From a virus, in IMG/VR virus record IMGVR_UViG_3300036766_000889: 64,000 nt of DNA; one strand, written 5' to 3'. The notes beneath the pieces were generated by a model. It was not told the origin of the DNA. It ran no database searches and saw only the letters and a list, made by a program, of their open reading frames with translations. Position numbers and translations under genes: made by a program. Shown here one piece after another: positions 38,131 through 47,673 of the stretch. Each line of letters begins with the position of its first letter. The first letter of the stretch is position 1.

Positions 38131-38763
38131 CTACCTTGTCAAATTACCGAGATACTGGATCGTTTCCATACTGGATTTAATTATATCACTGAAACTAGGA
38201 GTAGAAAAACCCCTATCTTCGATTACCCCAAATTCGTTCGAAAAAGCACAGTGTATAAAACATGCGTGCACTTTATGCTCAAACGGATTTGAACTAAGCC
38301 AATGGATTATTTGGTAGTATAGTTCATTGCACGTATGCGTACCGGCATGATAGCTAGGTATTGCGTTTACGCCCTTACTTTTCAGAAATTCAATCATTCC
38401 CAGTATTTCAATACTGGTTTCATACGCCGCTGGACCCCCGCGAATAATGCTCGAGTCTCGGATCGGTATTCGGTTATTATCACCCATCGCTGTATCGATA
38501 ACGTTGATGGCAAAACGTTCGTATCGTATGGGACTATCGTGTTGAGAAGCTCCGTACATCAAAATGAAATCCGGTTTAAACCGAATAGCTTCATTTTTTA
38601 GGATTTCTGATGACTTCCCGAATATTTGCGGGAGGACTATTCCACGTACAGAAAACCCGGGGATTGAAACATCTCCGTTTGCCCACACCTTAGCCAACTC
38701 TCCGGATGGAGTTTTCTTTATACCCCACTGAGGCTCAAATCCGGATAAAAGTACCTTAGTCAT
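38131..38763 (-). CDS. pcp: pyroglutamyl-peptidase I (C15)
   Basis: VLLSGFEP, ERFAIN, GPAAYET, AGTHTCN, FIH (E-C-H triad). Confidence 0.85.
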   Translation of the reverse strand: MTKVLLSGFEPQWGIKKTPSGELAKVWANGDVSIPGFSVRGIVLPQIFGKSSEILKNEAIRFKPDFILMYGASQHDSPIRYERFAINVIDTAMGDNNRIPIRDSSIIRGGPAAYETSIEILGMIEFLKSKGVNAIPSYHAGTHTCNELYYQIIHWLSSNPFEHKVHACFIHCAFSNEFGVIEDRGFSTPSFSDIIKSSMETIQYLGNLTR

Positions 38764-38816
38764 TTGGGCGCTCCCATACCACACAATACCAAAATTTTAT
38801 AGTTCCGTACGGTCAT

Positions 38817-39047
38817 ATGGTACAAAAAAAGACATTTCGTTCCATTGAATTTCGGGATGGGGATGGGGATACTGTTGTCCATCATGGTTTCATGGACGAT
38901 CTCGGGGCAGAAAAACTCGTAACCCAACTGATTGAGTCAGGTGCGACAGAAGTTATGATATGCGATCTCACTCCTGATGAATCGACGAGTGTAAAATTAC
39001 ATAACGAAACTCAACAGTTAGAAAACACCCTGAAACGTTTGCCTTAA
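38817..39047 (+). CDS. hypothetical protein
   Basis: ORF in operon. Confidence 0.5.
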   Translation: MVQKKTFRSIEFRDGDGDTVVHHGFMDDLGAEKLVTQLIESGATEVMICDLTPDESTSVKLHNETQQLENTLKRLP

Positions 39048-39057
39048 TGGATTAAAC

Positions 39058-39417
39058 ATGGATTTCACTTTAGAAAAGAGAATTTTCACGGCAGAGAGAC
39101 TTATACAAAACGACTCAATTGCCAATTTGAAAATATCGACAAGGGATTCGATTTTATCAAGCATGGCAAATTCTTTGATTTTGCAGGTCGTTGCCGAAGT
39201 TGCGACACGTAAGACAGACAGCAAGACCGTTTCCTATCCAACTACATGGTGGGACTCGGTAAAAATTCGGTTTCTCCCAGCGTGGGCGCTGAAACGATGG
39301 CCCGCGAAAATGACTACGGTCACGTTGGAAGCATGGGCACACTACCCATCAATTGCAATCCCAGATACTGAATGTTATGTGACTGTTTCAATCGTTGGTG
39401 ACATGGCGAAATGGTGA
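39058..39417 (+). CDS. hypothetical protein
   Basis: YPTTWWD..K.RFLP.W motif. Confidence 0.55.
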   Translation: MDFTLEKRIFTAERLIQNDSIANLKISTRDSILSSMANSLILQVVAEVATRKTDSKTVSYPTTWWDSVKIRFLPAWALKRWPAKMTTVTLEAWAHYPSIAIPDTECYVTVSIVGDMAKW

Positions 39418-39420
39418 ATA

Positions 39421-39720
39421 ATGACAATTAACATTCAGATCCCAGACAATGGTAAACCCGAACACGTCAAAATTACAATAGACGGTGAGACCGTTGGTTT
39501 TGTGACAAAGTTAAAACTTGAGTTAACACCAGGAAAACCAACGGTAATTTTAGAAATTGAACGCACATTTCCTAATGATAAACACGTAAACAAACAGTTC
39601 AAGGATCACCGTTGGGTGAAGTTTCCCGTTTCGGTCACACCAGCAGTACCAGTTGTTGCGGTCACACCAGCAGTACCAGTTCGATCAAAGTTCGGTCCCA
39701 GCGTTCGTGCTAAGAAGTGA
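39421..39720 (+). CDS. hypothetical protein
   Basis: ORF in operon; VTPAVPV duplicated. Confidence 0.5.
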   Translation: MTINIQIPDNGKPEHVKITIDGETVGFVTKLKLELTPGKPTVILEIERTFPNDKHVNKQFKDHRWVKFPVSVTPAVPVVAVTPAVPVRSKFGPSVRAKK

Positions 39721-39741
39721 CGATCAAGTGTACTATCCAAC

Positions 39742-40380
39742 ATGTGGAAAGAATTAATATTAGCGACCCATGAGTGCCAAAGACTTGATTATACGCCAAG
39801 GTATAGCACGATTCCGATCGTAACCCAAGAGTCTGTCTCGACTCACAGCTATTGGGTTACAGTCTACGCCGCCATGATCCACACGGCTTTAGACCCTGAT
39901 GATACCGATACCCTAGCGGCTTGCCTATTACAGGCAGCCATACATGACATCATAGAAGGAATAGGATCAGGGGATATTGTTAGAACATTTAAGTATCGTT
40001 CAGAAGCTTTGAGAGAAGCGATTGATGAAGCTGAAATTCAGGTGATGGAGGAGTCTCCTCAGTCTTTAAAGAGACTTTTTTCAGTATCTAAATCTCTACA
40101 AGAGAAAACTGGTAAACAAAAATATATCGAATCAGTCGTGAAAGCTGCTGATTTTATGAGTTTACATAACTTCATGATACGTGAATTAGAGCGGGGGAAC
40201 CAAGAAATTAAACCGTATTTTGAAAGAATGACCCAGGATCTTCATAAAATGTCGGTTAAGAATAAAGGTGTGGTTTTCATCACGTCAGGCGGAAACGAGT
40301 TTATTCTTTCAGGATTCTATGACGAACTCGTTACCAACGCAGTGGGAAAATTTGAACGAATTTATCCATTCAAGTTATGA
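39742..40380 (+). CDS. HD-domain nucleotidase (YfbR-like)
   Basis: RY....ESVSTHS, IHDIIE..GD...FKY, VKAAD. Confidence 0.85.
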   Translation: MWKELILATHECQRLDYTPRYSTIPIVTQESVSTHSYWVTVYAAMIHTALDPDDTDTLAACLLQAAIHDIIEGIGSGDIVRTFKYRSEALREAIDEAEIQVMEESPQSLKRLFSVSKSLQEKTGKQKYIESVVKAADFMSLHNFMIRELERGNQEIKPYFERMTQDLHKMSVKNKGVVFITSGGNEFILSGFYDELVTNAVGKFERIYPFKL

Positions 40381-40430
40381 TGTAAGAAATGAACAGATTT
40401 TATTGTTGGAGGGTTGGTGCCGTAATTGAA

Positions 40431-40634
40431 ATGAATGTGGGTGATAAATGTCCAGAATGTGGATGTACTGATCACAATACGTATGGATATGGTAATTGCG
40501 GAAACTTTGTTGAACTACCTGCTGAAAAACGAACTCTGGATCACGTTGGAACAAATTGTGTTTTACCAATTAATCACCCCGGGTCGTGTTCTCATGATTT
40601 GGAAATTATAGCTGAAGAGATCCATGATTCTTGA
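40431..40634 (+). CDS. small Cys-rich protein
   Basis: CPECG..C...H...H; ends AEEIHDS; alternative start 40389. Confidence 0.5.
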   Translation: MNVGDKCPECGCTDHNTYGYGNCGNFVELPAEKRTLDHVGTNCVLPINHPGSCSHDLEIIAEEIHDS

Positions 40635-40683
40635 GAATCGAATGAAAAGGTAAACATCTTAAACGCAGATTGTGAGAAATTAA

Positions 40684-42258
40684 ATGAACAGCGTAATTAA
40701 ACCTAATGAATGGTGGGCGATCCAGAAATTCGGGAAAATTCGACTTAAGAATCCAGCCACCATCAGTACTGGATACCGTAAAAAGATGGAGTTCGTATGT
40801 GAATGTGGGAATAGTAAATTCATAATTGTTAGAGATGTCACAAGCGGTAAAACTAGTAGTTGCGGGAAGTGCAATGAAATGCCACCAGAATGGTGGCATA
40901 CTAAAACATTCGGCAAGCTTCGGTTGAAACAACCAAAAATTTTGAGCCTTGGATCATCTAAAAAAGAAGTTTGGATTTGTGAATGCGGTAAAAATAAACC
41001 GATCATTGTTAAAGATGTTACGAATGGAAAAACTACATCATGTAACAATTGCCATAGTATGCCACCTGATTGGTGGGCTTACAGACGATTCGGAAGGTTG
41101 CGAATAAAATTTCCGAAACAGTTACACCAAGGGTCTCGGAAAAAAGAAATATTTGTTTGTGTATGTGGCAATGAAAAAAGACATGTAGTGTATACTGTTA
41201 CATCAGGGTTATCACGTAGCTGCGGCCACTGTTCGAGAAAAATCAGTGAGTGGTATTTGAAAAACCGAAAGACTTTGGCAACGCTCAAAACTCCAATACC
41301 AGCAGGTTCCATACCACTCGGTGGACCCATTCAATTGGAGACAGTACACCGTGTTGATAGACCATTTCTTGCAATTTGTCCACACTGTGGGGACAAATAT
41401 AGACCACGATTTAGTAGTATAAAATCTGGCAAGTCACTTACTTGTGGATGCTCGGCAGGAATGATCTCGCGACCAAACACTGAAATCCATCAGTTTATAG
41501 TATTAAATGGGTTTGAATCAGAACTCGAGTATGAACTGAGTGGGTACAAATATGATGTCTGTGTTAAACCATGTAAAACACTAATTGAGTTTCAAGGTTC
41601 TCGTTATCATTCTAGTGCAAAACAAAAAGAGCGTGATCAAAAAAAGAAAGCTCTTGCCGAAATTTATGGGTATGAACTCATTCAAATTGATGAAAAATTA
41701 TGGAATAAGAAATCAACAAAGGATGAAGTTAAAATCAACATCCTAAATATTTTGATGAATCGAAAGGGTATGGGTTCCGGTCATAAATGTAAAAGCGAAA
41801 TACTCGCAAAAATTGAAGAGTTAAACGATTTAATAGCATCCGGCCTACCTGAAGACATTTCTACTCGTGTTAATCAAAGAGTTGATGACTTGATGCAAAA
41901 AATGAAGACTGCAAATGAAGACATTATGTCGGCAGCTATATCATCACATCATGTTATGTGTGCAATCAAAAATATGAAACCGAATGAAGCATTCGGTAAT
42001 GACCCGTTCGTATATTACGCTCTTGGCCTAGTTGGTGAAGCTGGCGAACTCACTGGAGCCCTACTCCGAGCGATTCGGAACGGGGACACTGTTGAAGGGA
42101 AAAAAACTGCCGTTGAAAGTGAGTTGGCAGATTGTATAATCTACGCAGTGATTCTTGCCTATGCGACTGGTATCGATCTGGTGAAAATTGTTAATGATAA
42201 AGCAAGGATTGTTGAAGCTCGTGCTAGAGCGGGGTATTATGGCGGTCCGATACACTAA
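40684..42258 (+). CDS. Zn-ribbon-repeat PD-(D/E)xK endonuclease fused in frame to a MazG-like NTP pyrophosphohydrolase
   Basis: N-part paralogous to 25026..26564; C-part LGLVGEAGEL...ESELADCIIY. Confidence 0.8.
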   Translation: MNSVIKPNEWWAIQKFGKIRLKNPATISTGYRKKMEFVCECGNSKFIIVRDVTSGKTSSCGKCNEMPPEWWHTKTFGKLRLKQPKILSLGSSKKEVWICECGKNKPIIVKDVTNGKTTSCNNCHSMPPDWWAYRRFGRLRIKFPKQLHQGSRKKEIFVCVCGNEKRHVVYTVTSGLSRSCGHCSRKISEWYLKNRKTLATLKTPIPAGSIPLGGPIQLETVHRVDRPFLAICPHCGDKYRPRFSSIKSGKSLTCGCSAGMISRPNTEIHQFIVLNGFESELEYELSGYKYDVCVKPCKTLIEFQGSRYHSSAKQKERDQKKKALAEIYGYELIQIDEKLWNKKSTKDEVKINILNILMNRKGMGSGHKCKSEILAKIEELNDLIASGLPEDISTRVNQRVDDLMQKMKTANEDIMSAAISSHHVMCAIKNMKPNEAFGNDPFVYYALGLVGEAGELTGALLRAIRNGDTVEGKKTAVESELADCIIYAVILAYATGIDLVKIVNDKARIVEARARAGYYGGPIH

Positions 42259-42327
42259 TGATGGTTATTATGGCGGACCTTTGAAACGTGCAAAACGTTT
42301 GACAATAAAGAAAAACAAGAAACAAAA

Positions 42328-43065
42328 ATGAGTCTTCCATCAACCATTACACTCGCACTTGCTATTTCGGATGACCAAGAAATCACATGCATTTTCTGCG
42401 GATATCGTAAGATAGACTTGGACGTTGAGTTATTTCACCCAGGTAAACGTTCATGGGGCGGAGCCCATCAGAAGTGCGTAGACCAGCACAATCAGTATTT
42501 CTTGCGTCGATACGCTAATCAACCGGATACCCTATCAAATCGTATCTTAGCGATTGCCAATAATTTTGACGTTGAAGACCCACGTTGCGATAACGTTAGA
42601 GAACTATCACGAGCGGTTGCGTCTCTGCAGAAACTTGTTCAAGCCGCAAACATGGCGATGTATGCAGCACAGTACACTCTTGAAAAGACGCACTGGACTC
42701 CAACAGATAACTTCAATCAGTGGTCAGCTACGGCTGATGGGTATAATCACGCACAAGTGCAGCAAACCGTCCAAGACTTGATGATTGCGCAACAATCTAT
42801 TCGAGCCGTAATCGGACCGAATGATTTAGAATATCAAGTTCAAGAATGTGATAGGTGCGGAGCTAAACGCGAACCGTGGCAGGATCCGCAAGACATCCGT
42901 TGCCCTCGTCACGCAATTCCTGGGTCAGATCCTAGTTGCGACGGAACATTATATGCTCCATCGGTTTTTTCAGGTTCAGTGTTGGATAAGCCGACTTGCG
43001 AAAATTGCTTCGCACCTTACGGGGAAGAACATGCACCCGAGTGTCCGTCAGTGATTCACAATTAG
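42328..43065 (+). CDS. hypothetical protein with Zn ribbons
   Basis: Several CxxC motifs. Confidence 0.55.
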   Translation: MSLPSTITLALAISDDQEITCIFCGYRKIDLDVELFHPGKRSWGGAHQKCVDQHNQYFLRRYANQPDTLSNRILAIANNFDVEDPRCDNVRELSRAVASLQKLVQAANMAMYAAQYTLEKTHWTPTDNFNQWSATADGYNHAQVQQTVQDLMIAQQSIRAVIGPNDLEYQVQECDRCGAKREPWQDPQDIRCPRHAIPGSDPSCDGTLYAPSVFSGSVLDKPTCENCFAPYGEEHAPECPSVIHN

Positions 43066-43119
43066 GTTATGCCAGTAATTCACCGCACTGTTGGTCCAGA
43101 CACCAATTTCTTTTTTACT

Positions 43120-43506
43120 CTAACCATCAATATTACCCTTGAAAAGGGTATAAAATGGAAGAGTTCCAGCACCAGTTCCTCTCCCTTTGTTGATTAGATC
43201 TGACGCAGCTTTATCTGATTCAATTTCATCCGAAATTAGGTGAGAGTCATTTGCAAGCGACCTTAGAGTTGGGTCGGTTGTGATATTTAATAAGTCCTGT
43301 TTAGCACGTGGAATTCTTTCGAGTATCAACCAAACTTGGTCATACGTTAATTGATCAAGTTTGCATACTCCGTCAACGTACCAAATATTGCATGAATCGG
43401 ATTTATCCCCGTCACAAACCGTGCAATACTGATAGTTGTCATTCACATTGTCCGACATCGAAAAATCGCACCCGCACGCGGGTGCGGTTGGACATCCGCA
43501 ACTCAT
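43120..43506 (-). CDS. Cys-rich hypothetical protein
   Basis: ATGA overlap with the amidase gene. Confidence 0.55.
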   Translation of the reverse strand: MSCGCPTAPACGCDFSMSDNVNDNYQYCTVCDGDKSDSCNIWYVDGVCKLDQLTYDQVWLILERIPRAKQDLLNITTDPTLRSLANDSHLISDEIESDKAASDLINKGRGTGAGTLPFYTLFKGNIDG

Positions 43507-44300
43507 ATTGAACCTCCGGTATACGCTGTTACAACGCAGTCAGCGTTAAACTTTAAACCACCAGTATGGATGGTCCAGTTAGGTTCTATTATCGCAGAAC
43601 CGCCTTGACCAAAGTTTTGACTGAATGACCCGTTGGCCTCTTTACCCCATCGGTTTGCCACCGCTAAAACACACGAGTTGTCTGCCACGAAATCCATCCA
43701 AGAAGTAGATGGAAAACCTCCCTTCCCCCAATTTACGCAAGCGGCAACAACATCAACTTTTTTCCCGTTAAATATCGATGAATCGTCTGAGGATAACCTT
43801 GGAATATTTTTCGGGATCTTATCACGTAAATCACGACAGATAACAACACTCAGAAGTCCGAGATCTGTTTGAACAATTGGCGCGGGTTCAATGCCAGGTT
43901 TTGACCAGAGAAAATCTGTCGAAAACAGATTTATTTTATCACAACACGATATGATTTCACCCTGAGGGGAGATCATAGTAGCAGAATTGTGTAAACGTCG
44001 AGTTTTAGGGTCTATGCGAACATATCCCCATGAAACATATGACTTCATGTTCACAGCAACGTTTTGCATGAAACGGAAAGTAGGTCCGTTCTGATTTTCA
44101 GCCACCAGCATGGCTTCGTCTAAATTGAGAAAAGAGTATCCGGTCAAGCATAGTTCGGGGAAAACCAAAAAATTAGTTCCCATATCATGAGCTTGGCTGA
44201 TTAGTGGTTTCAGTTTTCGAAAATTGTCTATAACATCGGCATGACACTTTGCAAGCCTAGGATTAAACTGAACGACAGAAACTATGAGCGCATTTCCCAT
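43503..44300 (-). CDS. carbon-nitrogen hydrolase (nitrilase superfamily amidase)
   Basis: FPELCLTGY (E), DKINLF (K), ICRD (C), ANRWG.E. Confidence 0.88.
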   Translation of the reverse strand: MGNALIVSVVQFNPRLAKCHADVIDNFRKLKPLISQAHDMGTNFLVFPELCLTGYSFLNLDEAMLVAENQNGPTFRFMQNVAVNMKSYVSWGYVRIDPKTRRLHNSATMISPQGEIISCCDKINLFSTDFLWSKPGIEPAPIVQTDLGLLSVVICRDLRDKIPKNIPRLSSDDSSIFNGKKVDVVAACVNWGKGGFPSTSWMDFVADNSCVLAVANRWGKEANGSFSQNFGQGGSAIIEPNWTIHTGGLKFNADCVVTAYTGGSI

Positions 44301-44308
44301 TCGTTTAG

Positions 44309-44629
44309 TTATTTCTTCTCGATAAAGACTGAACGTCGAGCCATAGATTCTTCAGCTTTTCTGGCAGCTTCCATGGTTTTCTTCTCAAACATTTCTGCGT
44401 GATGAAATATCGCTTCCAACGCGTTTTGGACTTTTTGAAATTTTTCGGCATCCCCACCCATGTCCGGGTGATTCTTTGCAAGCAAAGCCCTTGATAGTTT
44501 CTTCGCCTCCTTGGATAGGTCTGATACTGCACCCGACCGTTCACTGCGGGGAAGTTTAGATATACCATTCATGATGACATTGATGTCCTTACCAAGGATC
44601 GACCAAGCTTCATGAAGTGGCATCATCAT
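44309..44629 (-). CDS. small J-domain protein
   Basis: AWSILG...KNHPDMGGDAEKFQKVQNA. Confidence 0.75.
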   Translation of the reverse strand: MMMPLHEAWSILGKDINVIMNGISKLPRSERSGAVSDLSKEAKKLSRALLAKNHPDMGGDAEKFQKVQNALEAIFHHAEMFEKKTMEAARKAEESMARRSVFIEKK

Positions 44630-44630
44630 A

Positions 44631-44846
44631 TTATGGAAAAAGCATTCGAAGGCTTTTTGCCGCCATTGCAGCCCTTGGTTTCGGTCTGGACAAACGTCTA
44701 TCTAAAAATTTTTCAAGTTCATCAACAGTTTCTGGGTATTTTCCTGTAGAGACTCGAAAATCTTCTTTAATCTTCCGAAGTTTTTCAGTAAATTCGTCGT
44801 ATCCCATTTTTCCTCCTGAGTTATTGAACTGTACTGAATTAGCCAC
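44631..44846 (-). CDS. small hypothetical protein
   Basis: ORF in operon. Confidence 0.45.
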   Translation of the reverse strand: MANSVQFNNSGGKMGYDEFTEKLRKIKEDFRVSTGKYPETVDELEKFLDRRLSRPKPRAAMAAKSLRMLFP

Positions 44847-44967
44847 GTATTTAACTTCAAAAAAGTATCGTTAAAATAACAGGCTTCAATCGAGTTCCAT
44901 ACTTCTTTGGAACCTTTGAATCATGCGTACTGATCACATGTTCAGTTTATATAGGTCGGGTAGTTAA

Positions 44968-45180
44968 ATGAAAAGTCAACCAGATTTCACGTCTCTTTGG
45001 AACCTTTTGGTAACGGCTTCAAAAACCTCAGGGAATGAAAGACTGCAGTCAACTTTGATGAATCACTCTTCCAAGAAAGAGTACATATGTAGAAAGCTTG
45101 GAGTAATTTCTGGTACCGACATAAATAGGTATAAAATTGTATCAAAGAAAACTGGGAATGATAAAAAAGTTTTGCTGTAG
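44968..45180 (+). CDS. small hypothetical protein
   Basis: ORF only. Confidence 0.4.
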   Translation: MKSQPDFTSLWNLLVTASKTSGNERLQSTLMNHSSKKEYICRKLGVISGTDINRYKIVSKKTGNDKKVLL

Positions 45181-45243
45181 TGTATAGATCCAGTATGGCC
45201 CAATTTTATGGGTCGGTTTTCAAACTTTAGAGGATAAATCGAC

Positions 45244-45930
45244 ATGTCTAAGACGCAAACAAAAACTGAAATCAGGAACAACACCGCGAAGATAGGGAAA
45301 CTTCTTCGTGGAATTGATAACGACACCTTGGCCATCAAGAAGGACCAAGTGAAACTGAACGTAAGGATCAAGGCGGTCCAGGATAGCGCTAAAACTGTCC
45401 AAACCCTCATCGGTGGCATTTCGAATATGGCTCTTGCCGCTCCGGCCAGTCTGAAAAAGGTTCAGGTCAAGAAGCCCGAACCGAAAACCGCCTCGAAGGT
45501 ATCTCCCAAGGCTCCCAAGGCTCCCAAGAAACCGACGCCCAAGAAGGCGGCTACGAAAACTGCGGCCCCGAAGAAGAACCTGACGAAGGTCCCGAAGGCC
45601 CCGAAGGCCCCGGCGGCTGTAAAGGCGTCCACAAGCGAATCACCTCAGGACCGACCTTCACTCAAGAAGGTTATTACTGATATTATTCTGAAAAATGGGA
45701 AGCCGATGGGAGCTGCCGATATTTACAAGATGGCATGTCAGAAGTTCGGATATTGGTCGCGCCAATCCCTTTACAATGCCTTGAAGGATAACAAGGCTTT
45801 TGCTAAGAAGGGAGAGGGATATGATGTACCTGACTCTTCCCCCATCAGTATTTCAGAGACTTCAGACTCTGAAGCGGAAAAATTCGTTCAGAGGGTTGAA
45901 GGCAACTCTGCTACATCGGCGGTTATTTGA
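45244..45930 (+). CDS. histone H1-like nucleoid-associated protein
   Basis: N-terminal coiled coil, PKAPK/KAA-rich linker, C-terminal winged-helix-like domain; GAGG RBS. Confidence 0.65.
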   Translation: MSKTQTKTEIRNNTAKIGKLLRGIDNDTLAIKKDQVKLNVRIKAVQDSAKTVQTLIGGISNMALAAPASLKKVQVKKPEPKTASKVSPKAPKAPKKPTPKKAATKTAAPKKNLTKVPKAPKAPAAVKASTSESPQDRPSLKKVITDIILKNGKPMGAADIYKMACQKFGYWSRQSLYNALKDNKAFAKKGEGYDVPDSSPISISETSDSEAEKFVQRVEGNSATSAVI

Positions 45931-45989
45931 GTAAATTACGGCTCTGCCCTGATCGAAGATCTTAAACCCAGGGCCGTAACATCAAACAT

Positions 45990-46370
45990 ATGGAAGTACA
46001 AATAGACCTTCGAGTTAGAACAGGGATTAGTAAAACCCTGTTCTCAGCCATAGAAGTATGCAGCGTTAGGATAGCCAGGAAAGTTATCCTCAAAAGATAC
46101 TGTCCGGAGGGTCATCCAGTTATAGAGGTAGAGAACCAACTTGTAGAGATGGCTGCGGCCAAACTCATCGAGATCGTCGGGTCTAAGGATCCTAATCTTG
46201 AGGAAGCAGCTTTAATGATCCGAAATTCCGCAGCGATTAAAGTTCGTAACTCGGATGAAGAAGACCAAACAAAGATGTTGGCTATAATGGACATCATGAA
46301 GATGAAGACGAATGAAATTCTTCCTTTTGAATTGAAATTTCATGTGGTCGGACGTGAGCATGACACCTGA
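45990..46370 (+). CDS. hypothetical protein
   Basis: ORF only. Confidence 0.5.
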   Translation: MEVQIDLRVRTGISKTLFSAIEVCSVRIARKVILKRYCPEGHPVIEVENQLVEMAAAKLIEIVGSKDPNLEEAALMIRNSAAIKVRNSDEEDQTKMLAIMDIMKMKTNEILPFELKFHVVGREHDT

Positions 46371-46557
46371 ACAGATCAGAGCTAGACGGGGTGAACTGAG
46401 TTCACAGATTCAGAACCTGAAAAATCAGATCGAGCACGTAAGAATAGACTTCAAACATCTGCAGCTAGAGTGCAAGCACCCAGGCAAGATCTCGACAAAC
46501 ACTTGGGGTCGAGATCCAGGTGGTGCCCATTGTCCTGACTGTGACAAGAACTGGTAA
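46360..46557 (+). CDS. small coiled-coil Zn-finger protein
   Basis: ECKH..CPDC. Confidence 0.55.
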   Translation: MTPEQIRARRGELSSQIQNLKNQIEHVRIDFKHLQLECKHPGKISTNTWGRDPGGAHCPDCDKNW

Positions 46558-46719
46558 ATCTACAATATGGTGATCACGCCGGAACAGGCGAGATACCACG
46601 AAACTACAAATACTTGCTTGGGCAGGATTTCACAAACTAGGATTTCGAATTCATGACGCCACCATCCCTCGCCCGAGGATTGATGGTGAAAACTGTAATA
46701 AAACAACAGTATTTCGATT

Positions 46720-47373
46720 ATGAAAAAACCTTCTAGTCTTTCAGCCATGGTAGTAAGTTACGTCCCGCTGTTGTTCGGAGACCCAATGTTTTATGTTGAG
46801 GATCCGAAAGAAATCACTGAAGCTTTACTCAAAATACCGGATGTCGAGACATTAGCCTGCGTATGGTTCATGAAGGAGAATAAGCCTTTTCCCATCATCG
46901 TCATGAAAGACATGAAAAAGGTACTCGACCACCTCAATTGGTGGTCCGAAGGGAAACCTACTGAATGGTTTGACCTTAACATCGCACAACGCGATGGTAA
47001 ATACATCATCGCTCTCATCCCAAGAATCAAGAAATCAATTAAACGTTGGGATATTGCTTATCAACTTAGGACAGGATACCCTCCGCCACGTGATACCAAA
47101 TACAGTGTTATGTTTCGGTCCATAACTTTCGTTTCCGGAAATGGCACCGTGTTTGACAAAATTTCCGACCAAATTGGTTCAGAGATTAAAATCGGGTTCG
47201 TCGATGACAATGACGTGAATCGTAATAACATTAGTGATATTGCTGACGACAAGATCCACACGCTTGGGTCATTTCCAATTAATCAAGACAACTCACTCTA
47301 TGACTACATCATGAGTATGATTGATGACGCGAAGGATCCAGGTGTGCCGAATATTGTGAGTGAAGTTATTTGA
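46720..47373 (+). CDS. hypothetical protein
   Basis: ORF only. Confidence 0.55.
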   Translation: MKKPSSLSAMVVSYVPLLFGDPMFYVEDPKEITEALLKIPDVETLACVWFMKENKPFPIIVMKDMKKVLDHLNWWSEGKPTEWFDLNIAQRDGKYIIALIPRIKKSIKRWDIAYQLRTGYPPPRDTKYSVMFRSITFVSGNGTVFDKISDQIGSEIKIGFVDDNDVNRNNISDIADDKIHTLGSFPINQDNSLYDYIMSMIDDAKDPGVPNIVSEVI

Positions 47374-47388
47374 CGCGACAGGATTAAT

Positions 47389-47673
47389 ATGAAAAAAGCA
47401 CGAACGATAGTATCGCGTCAGATAAGAGCACGAGTACTCCCTGAGAAAGGTGTAGTCTTTCCACTGCTAGATAGTGTTGATGTAAAGACGCCACCCGTAG
47501 GTTATGCAACATTATTCAGACAAGCCGTAGATGGTAAGTTCTACATGAAGCATGGCGATGGTACTATAGCACCACCCACAGAAGACGATTTGTTATCGGT
47601 CATTGTTGGCTTAGTGAAATTTCCCCAAGAACCTCCATTGTTTGACGTCTTCAGTTTTCAACAGCGCCGTTGA
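47389..47673 (+). CDS. small protein with fibre-like LF..DG..K motif
   Basis: TPPVGYATLFRQAVDGKFYMKHGDG. Confidence 0.5.
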   Translation: MKKARTIVSRQIRARVLPEKGVVFPLLDSVDVKTPPVGYATLFRQAVDGKFYMKHGDGTIAPPTEDDLLSVIVGLVKFPQEPPLFDVFSFQQRR

